This document shows positions 20,285 through 30,557 of a stretch of 64,000 nucleotides of DNA, piece after piece; the first letter of the stretch is position 1, and each line of letters begins with the position of its first letter. Below the pieces are notes generated by a model. That model worked only from the letters and a program-made list of their open reading frames with translations, was not told the DNA's origin and did not search any database. The position numbers and the translations under genes are program-made. The DNA is from an uncultured Chloroflexia bacterium. Lineage in GTDB: Bacteria > Chloroflexota > Anaerolineae > JAAYZQ01. The stretch lies in NCBI GenBank assembly GCA_963700285.1, contig CAVOXA010000014.1:256001-320000 (forward strand), given 5' to 3'.

Positions 20285-21241
20285 ATGATCTACCGGGAAC
20301 TGGGTAATACAGGGCTCAAGGTCTCTACCCTCAGCTACGGCGCCTCGCCGCTGGGCAACGAGTTCGGCGCTGCCGACCCAGGGGAGGGCCTGCGGGCCGT
20401 CCACTATGCCATCGAACAGGGGATCAACTACTTTGACGTTTCCCCCTACTATGGTCGCACCCTGGCCGAGACCCGCCTGGGGCAGGCCCTGGCCGGCCAC
20501 CGGGACAAGGTCTACCTGGCAACCAAGATGGGACGCTATGATACAGATGTCTTTGATTTCTCGGCCGGGCGCGTGTTCAGCTCGGTGGAGGAGAGCCTCA
20601 GGCGCCTGCAAACCGAAACCATCGACGTCTTTCAGATCCATGATATCGAATACGGCAGCAAGGATCAGATCATAAACGAGACGCTGCCGGCCATGTTCAA
20701 GCTAAAGGAAGCCGGGAAGATCCGCTTTGTGGGCATTACCGGCTACCCCGTGGGCATTCTCAGCGACGTAGCCGAGGCGACAGACGTTGATACCATCCTG
20801 ACCTACTGCCGCTACAACCTGTTGGACAGAACCATGGACGATGCCTTGGTCCCCGTGGCGCAACGCAGGGACATCGGCTTGATCAATGGTTCGCCGCTGC
20901 ACATGCGCGTGCTGACCGAAAAGGGTGCGCCGGACTGGCACCCGGCTCCCAAGCGCGTGCTTGAGGTGGGCCAGCAGGTCGCCCAGTACTGCCGCGACCA
21001 GGGCGTGGACGTGGCCGACCTGGCCCTGCAATTCGCCCTGCAGCACGAGGGCGTGGCCACGACCTTGGTGGGCATGAGCAAGGTCCGCAGCGTGGAACGG
21101 AACCTCAGGTCGGTGGGCATTGCCCCCGACCCCGAGCTGCTGGCCACCGTCCTGCGGATGATCGAGCCCGTGGCCAACGTCTGCTGGAAAGAGGGCCGCC
21201 CCGAGAACAACGACCCCGGCGCGGTGGAGAAGCAGTCGTGA
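20285..21241 (+). CDS. aldo/keto reductase, L-galactose/L-fucose dehydrogenase-like
   Basis: YRELGNTGLKVS, DVSPYYG, QIHDIE, GITGYP, PDWHPAP. Confidence 0.88.
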   Translation: MIYRELGNTGLKVSTLSYGASPLGNEFGAADPGEGLRAVHYAIEQGINYFDVSPYYGRTLAETRLGQALAGHRDKVYLATKMGRYDTDVFDFSAGRVFSSVEESLRRLQTETIDVFQIHDIEYGSKDQIINETLPAMFKLKEAGKIRFVGITGYPVGILSDVAEATDVDTILTYCRYNLLDRTMDDALVPVAQRRDIGLINGSPLHMRVLTEKGAPDWHPAPKRVLEVGQQVAQYCRDQGVDVADLALQFALQHEGVATTLVGMSKVRSVERNLRSVGIAPDPELLATVLRMIEPVANVCWKEGRPENNDPGAVEKQS

Positions 21242-22074
21242 GGATCGACGCGCACCAGCATTTCTGGCGCTACACACCCCAGGACTATGGCTGGATTGGC
21301 CCCGGTATGGAGGTCATCCAGAAGGACCACCTTCCCGGCGACCTGGTGGCGCTTGCCGACCCGCTGGGCATCGGCGGCAGCGTAGCCGTCCAGGCCCGCC
21401 AGACCCTGGCCGAAACCCAGTGGCTGCTGGATCTGGCCGAGCAGCATCCACTGATCAAGGGCGTCGTCGGCTGGGTGGACCTGCAAAACCCCAGGCTGGA
21501 CGAACAACTGGAGCGTTTCTGCGCCTCTCCCTACTTTCGGGGGGTCCGCCACGTTGTCCAAGACGAGTCCGTCGACCAGTTCATGCTGCGGCCCGCTTTC
21601 CTGGGGGGCCTCTCGGCGTTGGCCGATTTCGGCCTGACCTACGACATTCTGATCTTTCCCCGGCACCTGCCCGTGGCTTGCCAGGTGGTGGAGCGCTGCC
21701 CGCACCAGCCCTTCGTACTGGACCACATGGCCAAGCCGCATATCAGGGACCGCGCCATGGAGCCGTGGGCCCAAGATATCCGGCGTCTGGCCGCCTATCC
21801 CAACGTAGCCTGCAAGGTCTCGGGTATGGTGACCGAGGCTGATTGGCAGCGCTGGCAGCCCGGCGACCTGAGGCCGTACCTGGATGTTGCTTTTGAGGCA
21901 TTTGGTCCGGCTCGGATCATGTTCGGCTCTGACTGGCCGGTGTGCACCGTGGCCGGCAGCTATGCCCAGGTGGCCGGCCTTGTCGGTGATTATGTCGAGA
22001 ACCTTTCCACAGACGAACAGGCAGAGGTCTGGGGCGGCACAGCCACCAAATTCTATGGGTTGGGGGCACGATGA
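21238..22074 (+). CDS. amidohydrolase_2 family sugar lactonase (L-fucono/L-galactono-lactonase-like)
   Basis: IDAHQHFW, VQARQ, GVRH, LDHMAKP, CKVSG, FGSDWPVC; translationally coupled to neighbours. Confidence 0.9.
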   Translation: MRIDAHQHFWRYTPQDYGWIGPGMEVIQKDHLPGDLVALADPLGIGGSVAVQARQTLAETQWLLDLAEQHPLIKGVVGWVDLQNPRLDEQLERFCASPYFRGVRHVVQDESVDQFMLRPAFLGGLSALADFGLTYDILIFPRHLPVACQVVERCPHQPFVLDHMAKPHIRDRAMEPWAQDIRRLAAYPNVACKVSGMVTEADWQRWQPGDLRPYLDVAFEAFGPARIMFGSDWPVCTVAGSYAQVAGLVGDYVENLSTDEQAEVWGGTATKFYGLGAR

Positions 22075-23098
22075 AAGCTATCTCACTGCCAGAGCCGGGC
22101 AAAGTCGAGATCGTCGACGTACCCGAGCCCCAAGTGGGGCCCGAGGACGTTCTGGTGGAAATCGGCTACGCCGGCCTGTGCGGCAGCGATCTGGGCATGT
22201 ACCGGGGCACCTTTGCCATCGGCACCTATCCAACGATCCCGGGCCACGAAGTCAGCGGGACCATCGTCGCCAGGGGCAGCCAGGTTCCAGACTCGATCCA
22301 GAATGGCGCCAGGGTGACGCTCTGGCCCTACAGCGAGTGCGGCATCTGTCCGGCCTGCCGCCTGGGCCGGATCAATACCTGCCAATTCAACGAGACGCTG
22401 GGCCTGCAACGCGACGGGGCCATGGTGGAGCGCTTTGCCATCCACTACAGCAAGGTATTCTCCAGCCAGGTGCTCACCCTGGAGGAATTGGCCCTGGTCG
22501 AGCCCATGAGCGTCGGCTACCACGCCGCTAACCGGGGGCAGGTGGGCGAAATCGACTCGGTGCTCGTCATCGGCTGCGGCACCATCGGCATGGGCGCCGT
22601 GGCAGCCGCGGTGCGTAAGGGGGCGACCGTCCTCGCCGCAGACGTAGACGACGGCAAGCTGGAACTGGCTCGCCGTTTTGGTGCGCAGCACACCATCAAC
22701 TCGACCAGGGAGGACCTGCTGGAGCAGGTCGCCCACCTTACAAAGGACGAAGGGGTGGCTGTGGCCATCGAAGCCGTGGGCCTGCCCCAGACCTACCGCC
22801 TGGCCGTGGACGCCGTCAGCTACGCCGGGCGAGTGGTTTATGTCGGCTATGCCAATCAGGAAGTGTCCTACAACACGACACTCATTGTGCGCAAGGAGCT
22901 GGACATCCGCGGCTCGCGCAACGCGCTGCGCGTCTTCCCGGCCGTGATCAAGATGCTGGAAGGACGGCAGCAGCCATTCACCGACCTGATCACCCGGGTC
23001 TTTCCCTTTGCGGAGACGGCCCAGGCGCTGGAGGATTGGAGCCAGAACCCGGCGCCTTTGCCAAAATCCTGATTGACCTGACCGGCGATCTGGGCTAG
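22071..23098 (+). CDS. Zn-dependent alcohol dehydrogenase (L-galactonate dehydrogenase-like); -1 frameshift near 23050
   Basis: GLCGSD, GHE, CGICPAC...C, GCGTIG, GSRNA. ORF stops at 23072, but the shifted frame gives the canonical GAFAKILIDL end at 23098. Confidence 0.85.
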
Positions 23099-23213
23099 TC
23101 TTTTTTGTTTTCTTCCTCCTCCTCTGGCCGTCCCGCTCCCCCATCGCCACCGCGCCGGGTTGGTGGGGAGCGGGAAGGTCCAGGATCCAAGCGGAGGGAG
23201 GCTAGGATAGATC

Positions 23214-24264
23214 ATGGAATCCCAAGTGCAGGGCAGGCTGGACCATCAGAGAGCCTTCTGGGAAAAGAGCAACCACGACCGGCCGGTGATCGGCTTTACC
23301 GGCAGCTACTTTGCGCCTGACACCGTCCAGCTCATCGGGCGCGAGCAGGGGCGAGTAGCGCCTGAGGACATTGACATCAGCCGCATCCTGGCCTACACCG
23401 AGGCCCAGTTCGAGGCGTGGCAGGACTGCACCGGCGACCTGTTCTGGACCGCAACACAACTGTACCAGTTTCGCTGGCTGGCCGCGGCGGTCGGCGCGCC
23501 GGTCTTCGCGGGCGGCGACTCGGTCTGGGCCGAGCCCTTTGTCGAAGACTATGGGCAGATCCAGTGCATCGAGGTTGGCGGCGAGGGTCCCTGGCTGGGG
23601 GTCCTGTGGCAGCTCACCGACGCCATGGTGGAACAGGCCAACGGCCGCTATCCGGTGGCCGCCAACGAGTTCATGAGCCCGCTCAGCGCCCTGGTCGACC
23701 TGCGCGGCAACACCGAGTTTGCCTTTGACCTTTACGACCGGCCTGACGAGGCCGGACCTGCTCTGAGCAGGTTCACCGAGGTCTGGCTGGACCTGGTCAC
23801 GACAGTACGAGCGCATCCCGGACTGGCACGGTGGCTACCCCAGCGCGCAGCGCTACATCTGGGCGCCGGGCCGGATCATCGAGTTCAGCGAGGATCCGGC
23901 CTTCATGCTCTCGTCACGGTTCCACGACGAGATCGTGATGCCCTCCCACGCCCGGGTCGTGCAGCAGGTCGAGTATCCCTATATCCATCTGCACTCGACC
24001 CAGCTCCACACGCTGGACCGCCTGCTGGAGATGGAGGACCTGGTCGCCATCGAGCTGACGCCCGACCATGGGGCATCGATCCCGGAGCTGATCCCGACGA
24101 TGGCCAAGATCCAGGCGAACAAACCGCTGATCGTGCATGCCTTCTTTTCGGCCGAGGAGATGCGCATGATCGTCGACAGGCTCCCGCCGGAGGGCCTGTG
24201 CGTCATTGGCCGGGCCGACACGCCCGACGAGGCCCGCCGTCTGCGAGACGCGGTGCGCGGATGA
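23214..24264 (+). CDS. UroD/MtaA-like (uroporphyrinogen decarboxylase/methyltransferase fold) protein; frameshift near 23802
   Basis: N-terminal RAFWEK..DRPVIG and LVDLRG..FAFDLYDRPDE; continues in the 23905 frame as IWAPG..EFSED..MLS..YIHLHS..AIELTP. Confidence 0.65.
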
Positions 24265-24330
24265 CGGCGCAGGTCCAGGGCTGAACAAAGGATCAATCAC
24301 TCAACACGCGATATGCAAGGAGGATCAACA

Positions 24331-26146
<1,816 letters not shown>

Positions 26147-26173
26147 ACAGCAGGCAGCAGTTGGGCTAAACTG

Positions 26174-26203
26174 ACAGGCAGGGCATCGTGATGCCCTGCC
26201 TGT
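26174..26203 (+). terminator. 13-bp hairpin after fucI (terminator or stabiliser)
   Basis: acaggcagggcat-cgtg-atgccctgcctgt followed by ttg. Confidence 0.6.
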
Positions 26204-26234
26204 TTGACATTCAAGAATCCTGCGAGGTGGAAAC

Positions 26235-27320
26235 ATGAACAGCAATCCTGGCGACCGTCCCACGGAATCCGTGGCCGGTACCATGCGCGCGGCACGCCTG
26301 CACGGCATCCGCGACCTGCGGCTTGAGACACTGCCAAGGCCGGTACCCGGCCCTGGCAAAGTTCTGCTCAAGGTGGCCGCGGTAGGCGTCTGCGGCTCGG
26401 ACGTGCACTATTACCTGGAGGGCCGTATTGGCAGCCAGGTCGTGACCGGGCCCATGATCTTGGGCCACGAATTCTCGGCCTGGGTGGCCGAATTGGGCGA
26501 GGGCGTCACGGGGCTGGAACTTGGGCAGTTGGTCGCCGTCGAGGCCGGCGTCCCCTGCGGCGCCTGCGAGCAGTGCCTGCTGGGCCACCCCAACCTGTGC
26601 CCCAACGTGCGCTTTTGCAGCACACCGCCGGTCGATGGGGTGTACGCCGAGTACACCGTTATGCCGGCGGAAAACTGCTACCCCCAACCCGAGGGCATGG
26701 GGCCCGTCGAAGGCGCCATGCTGGAGCCGCTGGGCATCGCCATCCACACCGTGGACCTGGGCCACCTGAAGGCCGGAGACACCGTGGCCGTGTTGGGCGC
26801 CGGGCCCATCGGCCTGCTGACCGCGGCGGTGGCCCGGGCAGCCGGGGCCAGCGAGGTCTATATGACCGAGCCACTGGCCTTCCGCCGACGATTTGCCCTG
26901 GATCATGTCGCCGACGCTGCGCTGGACCCAACAGAATGCGACATCACACACGAGATCCTGCGCCTGACCGGCGGCCGGGGGGTCGACGTGGCCTTTGAGG
27001 CAGCCGGCGCGCCAGAGACCCCGCAGCAGGCGGCCTCTGTGACCCGCATCGGCGGCAAGGTCATCATCGCCGGCATCCCCTCGGAGGACGTGATGACCTT
27101 CAGTCCTGATACCGTGCGCCGGAGGGGTCTGACGATCAAGATGGTCCGCCGCTCCAAGCATACCTACGAGCGAGCTTTCCGCCTGGTCCGGACAGGCCAG
27201 GTGGACATCAAGTCGCTGGCCACGCACCTGCTGCCCCTGGAGCGCATCAACGAGGCCTTTGAGATGGTGGCTGGCTATCAGGATGGCGTATTGCGGGCGG
27301 TAATCGAGATCGCGCAGTAA
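26235..27320 (+). CDS. Zn-dependent polyol dehydrogenase (sorbitol/L-iditol 2-dehydrogenase family)
   Basis: GVCGSDVHYY, GHEF, CGACEQC...NLC, STPPVDG, GAGPIG. Confidence 0.9.
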   Translation: MNSNPGDRPTESVAGTMRAARLHGIRDLRLETLPRPVPGPGKVLLKVAAVGVCGSDVHYYLEGRIGSQVVTGPMILGHEFSAWVAELGEGVTGLELGQLVAVEAGVPCGACEQCLLGHPNLCPNVRFCSTPPVDGVYAEYTVMPAENCYPQPEGMGPVEGAMLEPLGIAIHTVDLGHLKAGDTVAVLGAGPIGLLTAAVARAAGASEVYMTEPLAFRRRFALDHVADAALDPTECDITHEILRLTGGRGVDVAFEAAGAPETPQQAASVTRIGGKVIIAGIPSEDVMTFSPDTVRRRGLTIKMVRRSKHTYERAFRLVRTGQVDIKSLATHLLPLERINEAFEMVAGYQDGVLRAVIEIAQ

Positions 27321-27353
27321 GGAAATGCGGGCACTCTGAGGGCCGCTGGGCGA

Positions 27354-27458
27354 CTATAACGGCAGTCCCCGCTCTAGCTGCTGACGGTCGAGGGTGATGA
27401 GGCAGTCGTCCAACTGATCCGCCAGGGAGATGGAGACGCTAGCATCAAGGACAGCCAC
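27354..27458 (-). pseudogene. VapC/PIN toxin with a large internal deletion (34 aa)
   Basis: Reads VAVLDASV-SISLADQLDDCLITLDRQQLERG: PIN N-terminal and C-terminal motifs fused directly. Confidence 0.72.
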
Positions 27459-27461
27459 GCT

Positions 27462-27731
27462 TCACCTGCGCTGCGCGGCGACGAGTTCGACGCCGCTCTT
27501 CTCTGAACTCCAGGCTGCTGCGACCTCCTGCGCCAGGATCCTCATCTCCGCCATGCTCTCGTCGATCTTGCTCTGGCGCAGCCGATGGGCCTCAGCTTTG
27601 GACAGTGGTCTGAGAATTGCCACCGACTCGCCCCGTGGGGTCACGACGTATTCAGCCATCTCTTCCCGCACGGAGCGTATCACGCGCGACGTCTGATTCT
27701 TCAGTTCGCGCACACCGATGGTGTCCGCCAT
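27462..27731 (-). CDS. Phd/YefM family antitoxin
   Basis: MADTIGVRELKNQTSRVIRSVRE...YVVTPRGESVAILRP; GGAGG RBS. Confidence 0.88.
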   Translation of the reverse strand: MADTIGVRELKNQTSRVIRSVREEMAEYVVTPRGESVAILRPLSKAEAHRLRQSKIDESMAEMRILAQEVAAAWSSEKSGVELVAAQRR

Positions 27732-27752
27732 GATCAACCTCCCAATGCTTGC

Positions 27753-27798
27753 AGCTACCAGGTAGCTACATCATGGCCCTGAACAAACATGATGTCAA
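27753..27798 (-). promoter_or_regulatory. TA promoter (TTGACA-17-CATGAT) with downstream palindromic operator
   Basis: -35 at 27798-27793, -10 at 27775-27770; AGCTACC-A-GGTAGCT at 27753-27767. Confidence 0.65.
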
Positions 27799-27904
27799 GT
27801 AAGAGCAGGCGCGATTCGGACACTGGCAGTAGATTCACGAGAAACGCCGATACAGCAGGCCCTTGGGTTCATCTCTTCAAGCCCAGCTGCTCCCTTGGAC
27901 TGCT

Positions 27905-27962
27905 ACCTGTACGAATGTACAGACAGGAACCTGTACGAATGTACAGACAAGAACCTGTACGA
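27905..27962. repeat. 24-bp tandem repeat x2.4; each full unit contains the palindrome CTGTAC-GAAT-GTACAG
   Basis: acctgtacgaatgtacagacagga / acctgtacgaatgtacagacaaga / acctgtacga. Confidence 0.85.
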
Positions 27963-28213
27963 TAGCATGTTGCGCAGAACGCAGATCTGTGCTATAGTGG
28001 TGACCGCGTTGTGCAAAGCACAAACTGATACACACGCGAATGGCGGCAAGCAAGAACAGGACTCGGACGCCGGACAACCCTGCAACGTACTGTCAGCGCC
28101 AGCGTACAGCACCCGGCAACCCGTCTGGCAGCGCTCAAGTGGCCGCATAGGCCACGTTCAACTGGCAGCGTATCCGAGTTGGACCGGCAGCGTTAAAACA
28201 AAGATAGGTTTGC

Positions 28214-28625
28214 ACGCATCCCTGGGCAGGCAGTCCTGGGATCGGATCAATACGACGTAGTATCAATTCGTGTGAGGAGGAGTCCATGCTATTAGGGTGT
28301 GGTTGTCTCTTGGCCATGGGCGCGGCCTTTGCGCCGCGGCTCGTGTTGATTTTCATGTGGATTTTCGGCTGGCGGGTTTCGGCCGCGTTCGATACCTGGA
28401 TCTGGCCGCTACTCGGTCTCATCTTTTTGCCCTACACCACCATCATGTGGGTCCTGGTCTGGACCCCAGTCACGGGAGTCGTCGGCTGGGACTGGCTCTG
28501 GATCGCCCTGGGCGTAATGCTCGACATCATGAAGTGGGGCCAGATCGCAAGCAACCGCAAACAAATACCATACTACCCGGAAGGCGCTTACTAATACGCT
28601 CAGGACTGCCTGCCCAAGGATGCGT
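28214..28625. repeat. 25-bp inverted repeat (24/25) bracketing a single small gene
   Basis: 28214-28238 acgcatccctgggcaggcagtcctg versus 28601-28625 caggactgcctgcccaaggatgcgt. Confidence 0.9.
28286..28594 (+). CDS. small membrane protein (PR...LGLIFLPYT...GWDWLW type)
   Basis: GAGGAGG RBS, three hydrophobic segments, paralogous to 28771..29052. Confidence 0.8.
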   Translation: MLLGCGCLLAMGAAFAPRLVLIFMWIFGWRVSAAFDTWIWPLLGLIFLPYTTIMWVLVWTPVTGVVGWDWLWIALGVMLDIMKWGQIASNRKQIPYYPEGAY

Positions 28626-28700
28626 ATACTGTGCGACCTCATAGATGTTTCTGCTGCGATTGACCAGTACCGGACCAGCGCTAGTGCGTGCTTCCTCCGC

Positions 28701-28730
28701 TTGACAGGAACCCACACTCTATGTTATAGT
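28701..28730 (+). promoter_or_regulatory. sigma70-type promoter TTGACA-18-TATAGT with extended TG
   Basis: Near-consensus elements 40 bp upstream of the 28771 start. Confidence 0.65.
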
Positions 28731-28770
28731 ATAGCGGGAGTATTCCCAAACTCACACAAGGAGGAGCAAC

Positions 28771-29052
28771 ATGTGCTGTGTCTTCACGATTCTGCTTTTC
28801 TTCGGACCTCGTCTGGGCAGCCTGGTCTGGTGGTTGTTCCAGCCCTCTCGTTTTACGCTGGCTTTCGGCGGGAATTGGTTCCTGCCCATTCTGGCCCTGA
28901 TCTTCCTGCCGTGGACGCTGCTGATGTACCTCATCGTCTTCCCAGGCGGCATTGTCGGCTTTGATTGGCTCTGGCTTGGTCTGGGTCTCCTGGCCGACAT
29001 AGCCTCCTATGCTGGCGGTGGCTATGGAAACCGCGACCGACTGACGGGCTAG
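28771..29052 (+). CDS. small membrane protein (MCC...GPR...FLPWT...GFDWLWL)
   Basis: AAGGAGG RBS, hydrophobic, paralog of the upstream gene. Confidence 0.82.
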   Translation: MCCVFTILLFFGPRLGSLVWWLFQPSRFTLAFGGNWFLPILALIFLPWTLLMYLIVFPGGIVGFDWLWLGLGLLADIASYAGGGYGNRDRLTG

Positions 29053-29087
29053 GTCGAGAGCAGGTACCGCACAACTAGCCGTAGTGA

Positions 29088-29120
29088 GGAGTCCAGGCCC
29101 ATCGCCTGGGCTCCTTGTTC
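29088..29120 (+). terminator. probable intrinsic terminator
   Basis: ggagtccaggc-ccatc-gcctgggctcc followed by ttgttc. Confidence 0.55.
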
Positions 29121-29240
29121 GACCGTCCGAGCTTCTGCAGGCTGCGGGACGGTCTGATGCTGTCCGCGAATCGGTAAGAGTGAACGGAACACAACAACAG
29201 ACCTTATACGTTGAGGCCCCAAAGGGGCCGGGAGGAATGC

Positions 29241-29987
29241 ATGACAGAAGTTACGGTAGGCACCCAGGTCAAGACCAGCGACGGACATGATATCGGCGCT
29301 GTCAGGGAGTTGGCTGCGGACGAGCACTTTGTCCTACAGCATGGCAAGGATTGGGAATTGAAACTTCCCACCTCGGCAGTGGATCGGATTGAGGGCGACA
29401 CAGTCTATCTCGCGCTTGACAAAGAGGCGTTCGAAAAACTGCCCACCATCCCGCTGGCGAAAGAAGCCAAGCACGGAATGGAACAGGAGCAGATCGAACT
29501 GGTAGTCCGGGTCTTTGACAACCCGAACAAGGCAGCCGAAGCGCTAGAGTTCGTGGAGGACCTGCGCAGTCGCAAGGTGCTCAAGGTGCTCAACGCCGCC
29601 GTGTTGGTCAAGGACAAGGACGGCAAGTTCTCCATCGACGACGTTAAGGAGTTCGAAGCCAAGAAGGGTCGATTATGGGGCGCCGTCACCGGCGGCCTGG
29701 TGGGGCTGGTCGCCGGCCCGGCGGGCGTCGTCGTCGGCGCGCTGGCAGGGCTTGGCCTCGGAGGCCTGGCCGGCAGCAAGATCGATGCCGGCTTTAGCAA
29801 CAAGTTCCTGGAGAACCTCGATCAGTACCTGCAACCGGGCAGCTCGGCCCTCATCCTGCTTATGGAGCACCACTGGGCCCGGAGCGCCGCGGAATCAATG
29901 AACGACCTGGGGGGCGTGGTCTTTCAGGAGACGCTCACCGATAGGCTCGTCAAGGACCTGACAGAAGCGGCAGGCAAAGAGGGATAG
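29241..29987 (+). CDS. DUF1269-domain membrane protein with N-terminal PRC-barrel-like domain
   Basis: GTQVKTSDGHDIGAV N-terminus; AAVLVKDKDGK, Gly-rich GAVTGGLVGLVAGP hairpin, LQPGSSAL. Confidence 0.78.
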   Translation: MTEVTVGTQVKTSDGHDIGAVRELAADEHFVLQHGKDWELKLPTSAVDRIEGDTVYLALDKEAFEKLPTIPLAKEAKHGMEQEQIELVVRVFDNPNKAAEALEFVEDLRSRKVLKVLNAAVLVKDKDGKFSIDDVKEFEAKKGRLWGAVTGGLVGLVAGPAGVVVGALAGLGLGGLAGSKIDAGFSNKFLENLDQYLQPGSSALILLMEHHWARSAAESMNDLGGVVFQETLTDRLVKDLTEAAGKEG

Positions 29988-30374
29988 ATAGGGCCAGCAC
30001 AGACCGTGCCTCGAGCGACAAGTGCTTTGATTGCGCCCAAGCTGGACCGTTCGAGGCGCTACTGAATCATCATTGACATGCCTGCCACGCCGGAAGCTAG
30101 GCGCGGCAGGTTTGCGTTCAGGATGGGCAAGTCTGGATGGCCCTCACTGCACTATCTCCTCCTCGTGGGGGCAGACCAACCACCTTGTGCCCGAATGGTG
30201 CCATCTCCGGCCAATCGGGATTGCCCTGCCTCGCTTCTGGCCTGGCCCCTCGGTCCGTGCGGGACCGCGGCGCATGTGTACCCCGTCAGGACCAGCATCG
30301 CATCCTGGATCAGGCCGATCCTGGGGCGATAGGTCTTGAATTCCTGTTCCGGAAAATCAAGCGAGGTGCCCTCC

Positions 30375-30550
30375 TAGGTCTTCAGGCAGTGGCGACAATC
30401 TGGCCATCCTGACACTCCTCCGGATACTCGCCCAGGTGCAAAACGTTGCCGTCGTTTTCCTAGACGTAAAAGGCAATCTCGGCCTCTACCAGTTCCTCAT
30501 CGGCATAGTCCTCGATCCAGGCCACCACCGCCGGCGCCTCTCTGCCGGTA
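30375..30550 (-). pseudogene. decayed fragment paralogous to the adjacent lipoprotein
   Basis: VVAWIEDYADEELVEAEIAFYV*ENDGNVLHLGEYPEE versus VVAYIVDYSNNQAIEKEIAFYAQDDEGKVWYLGEYPEE. Confidence 0.75.
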
Positions 30551-30557
30551 GACGCTT

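Noticed and set aside
20100-20288. 62-aa ORF overlapping the AKR start
   Set aside because: No clear RBS or motif; cannot be supported as a gene.
27905-27962. CRISPR mini-array
   Set aside because: Repeats abut with no spacers, and there are no cas genes.
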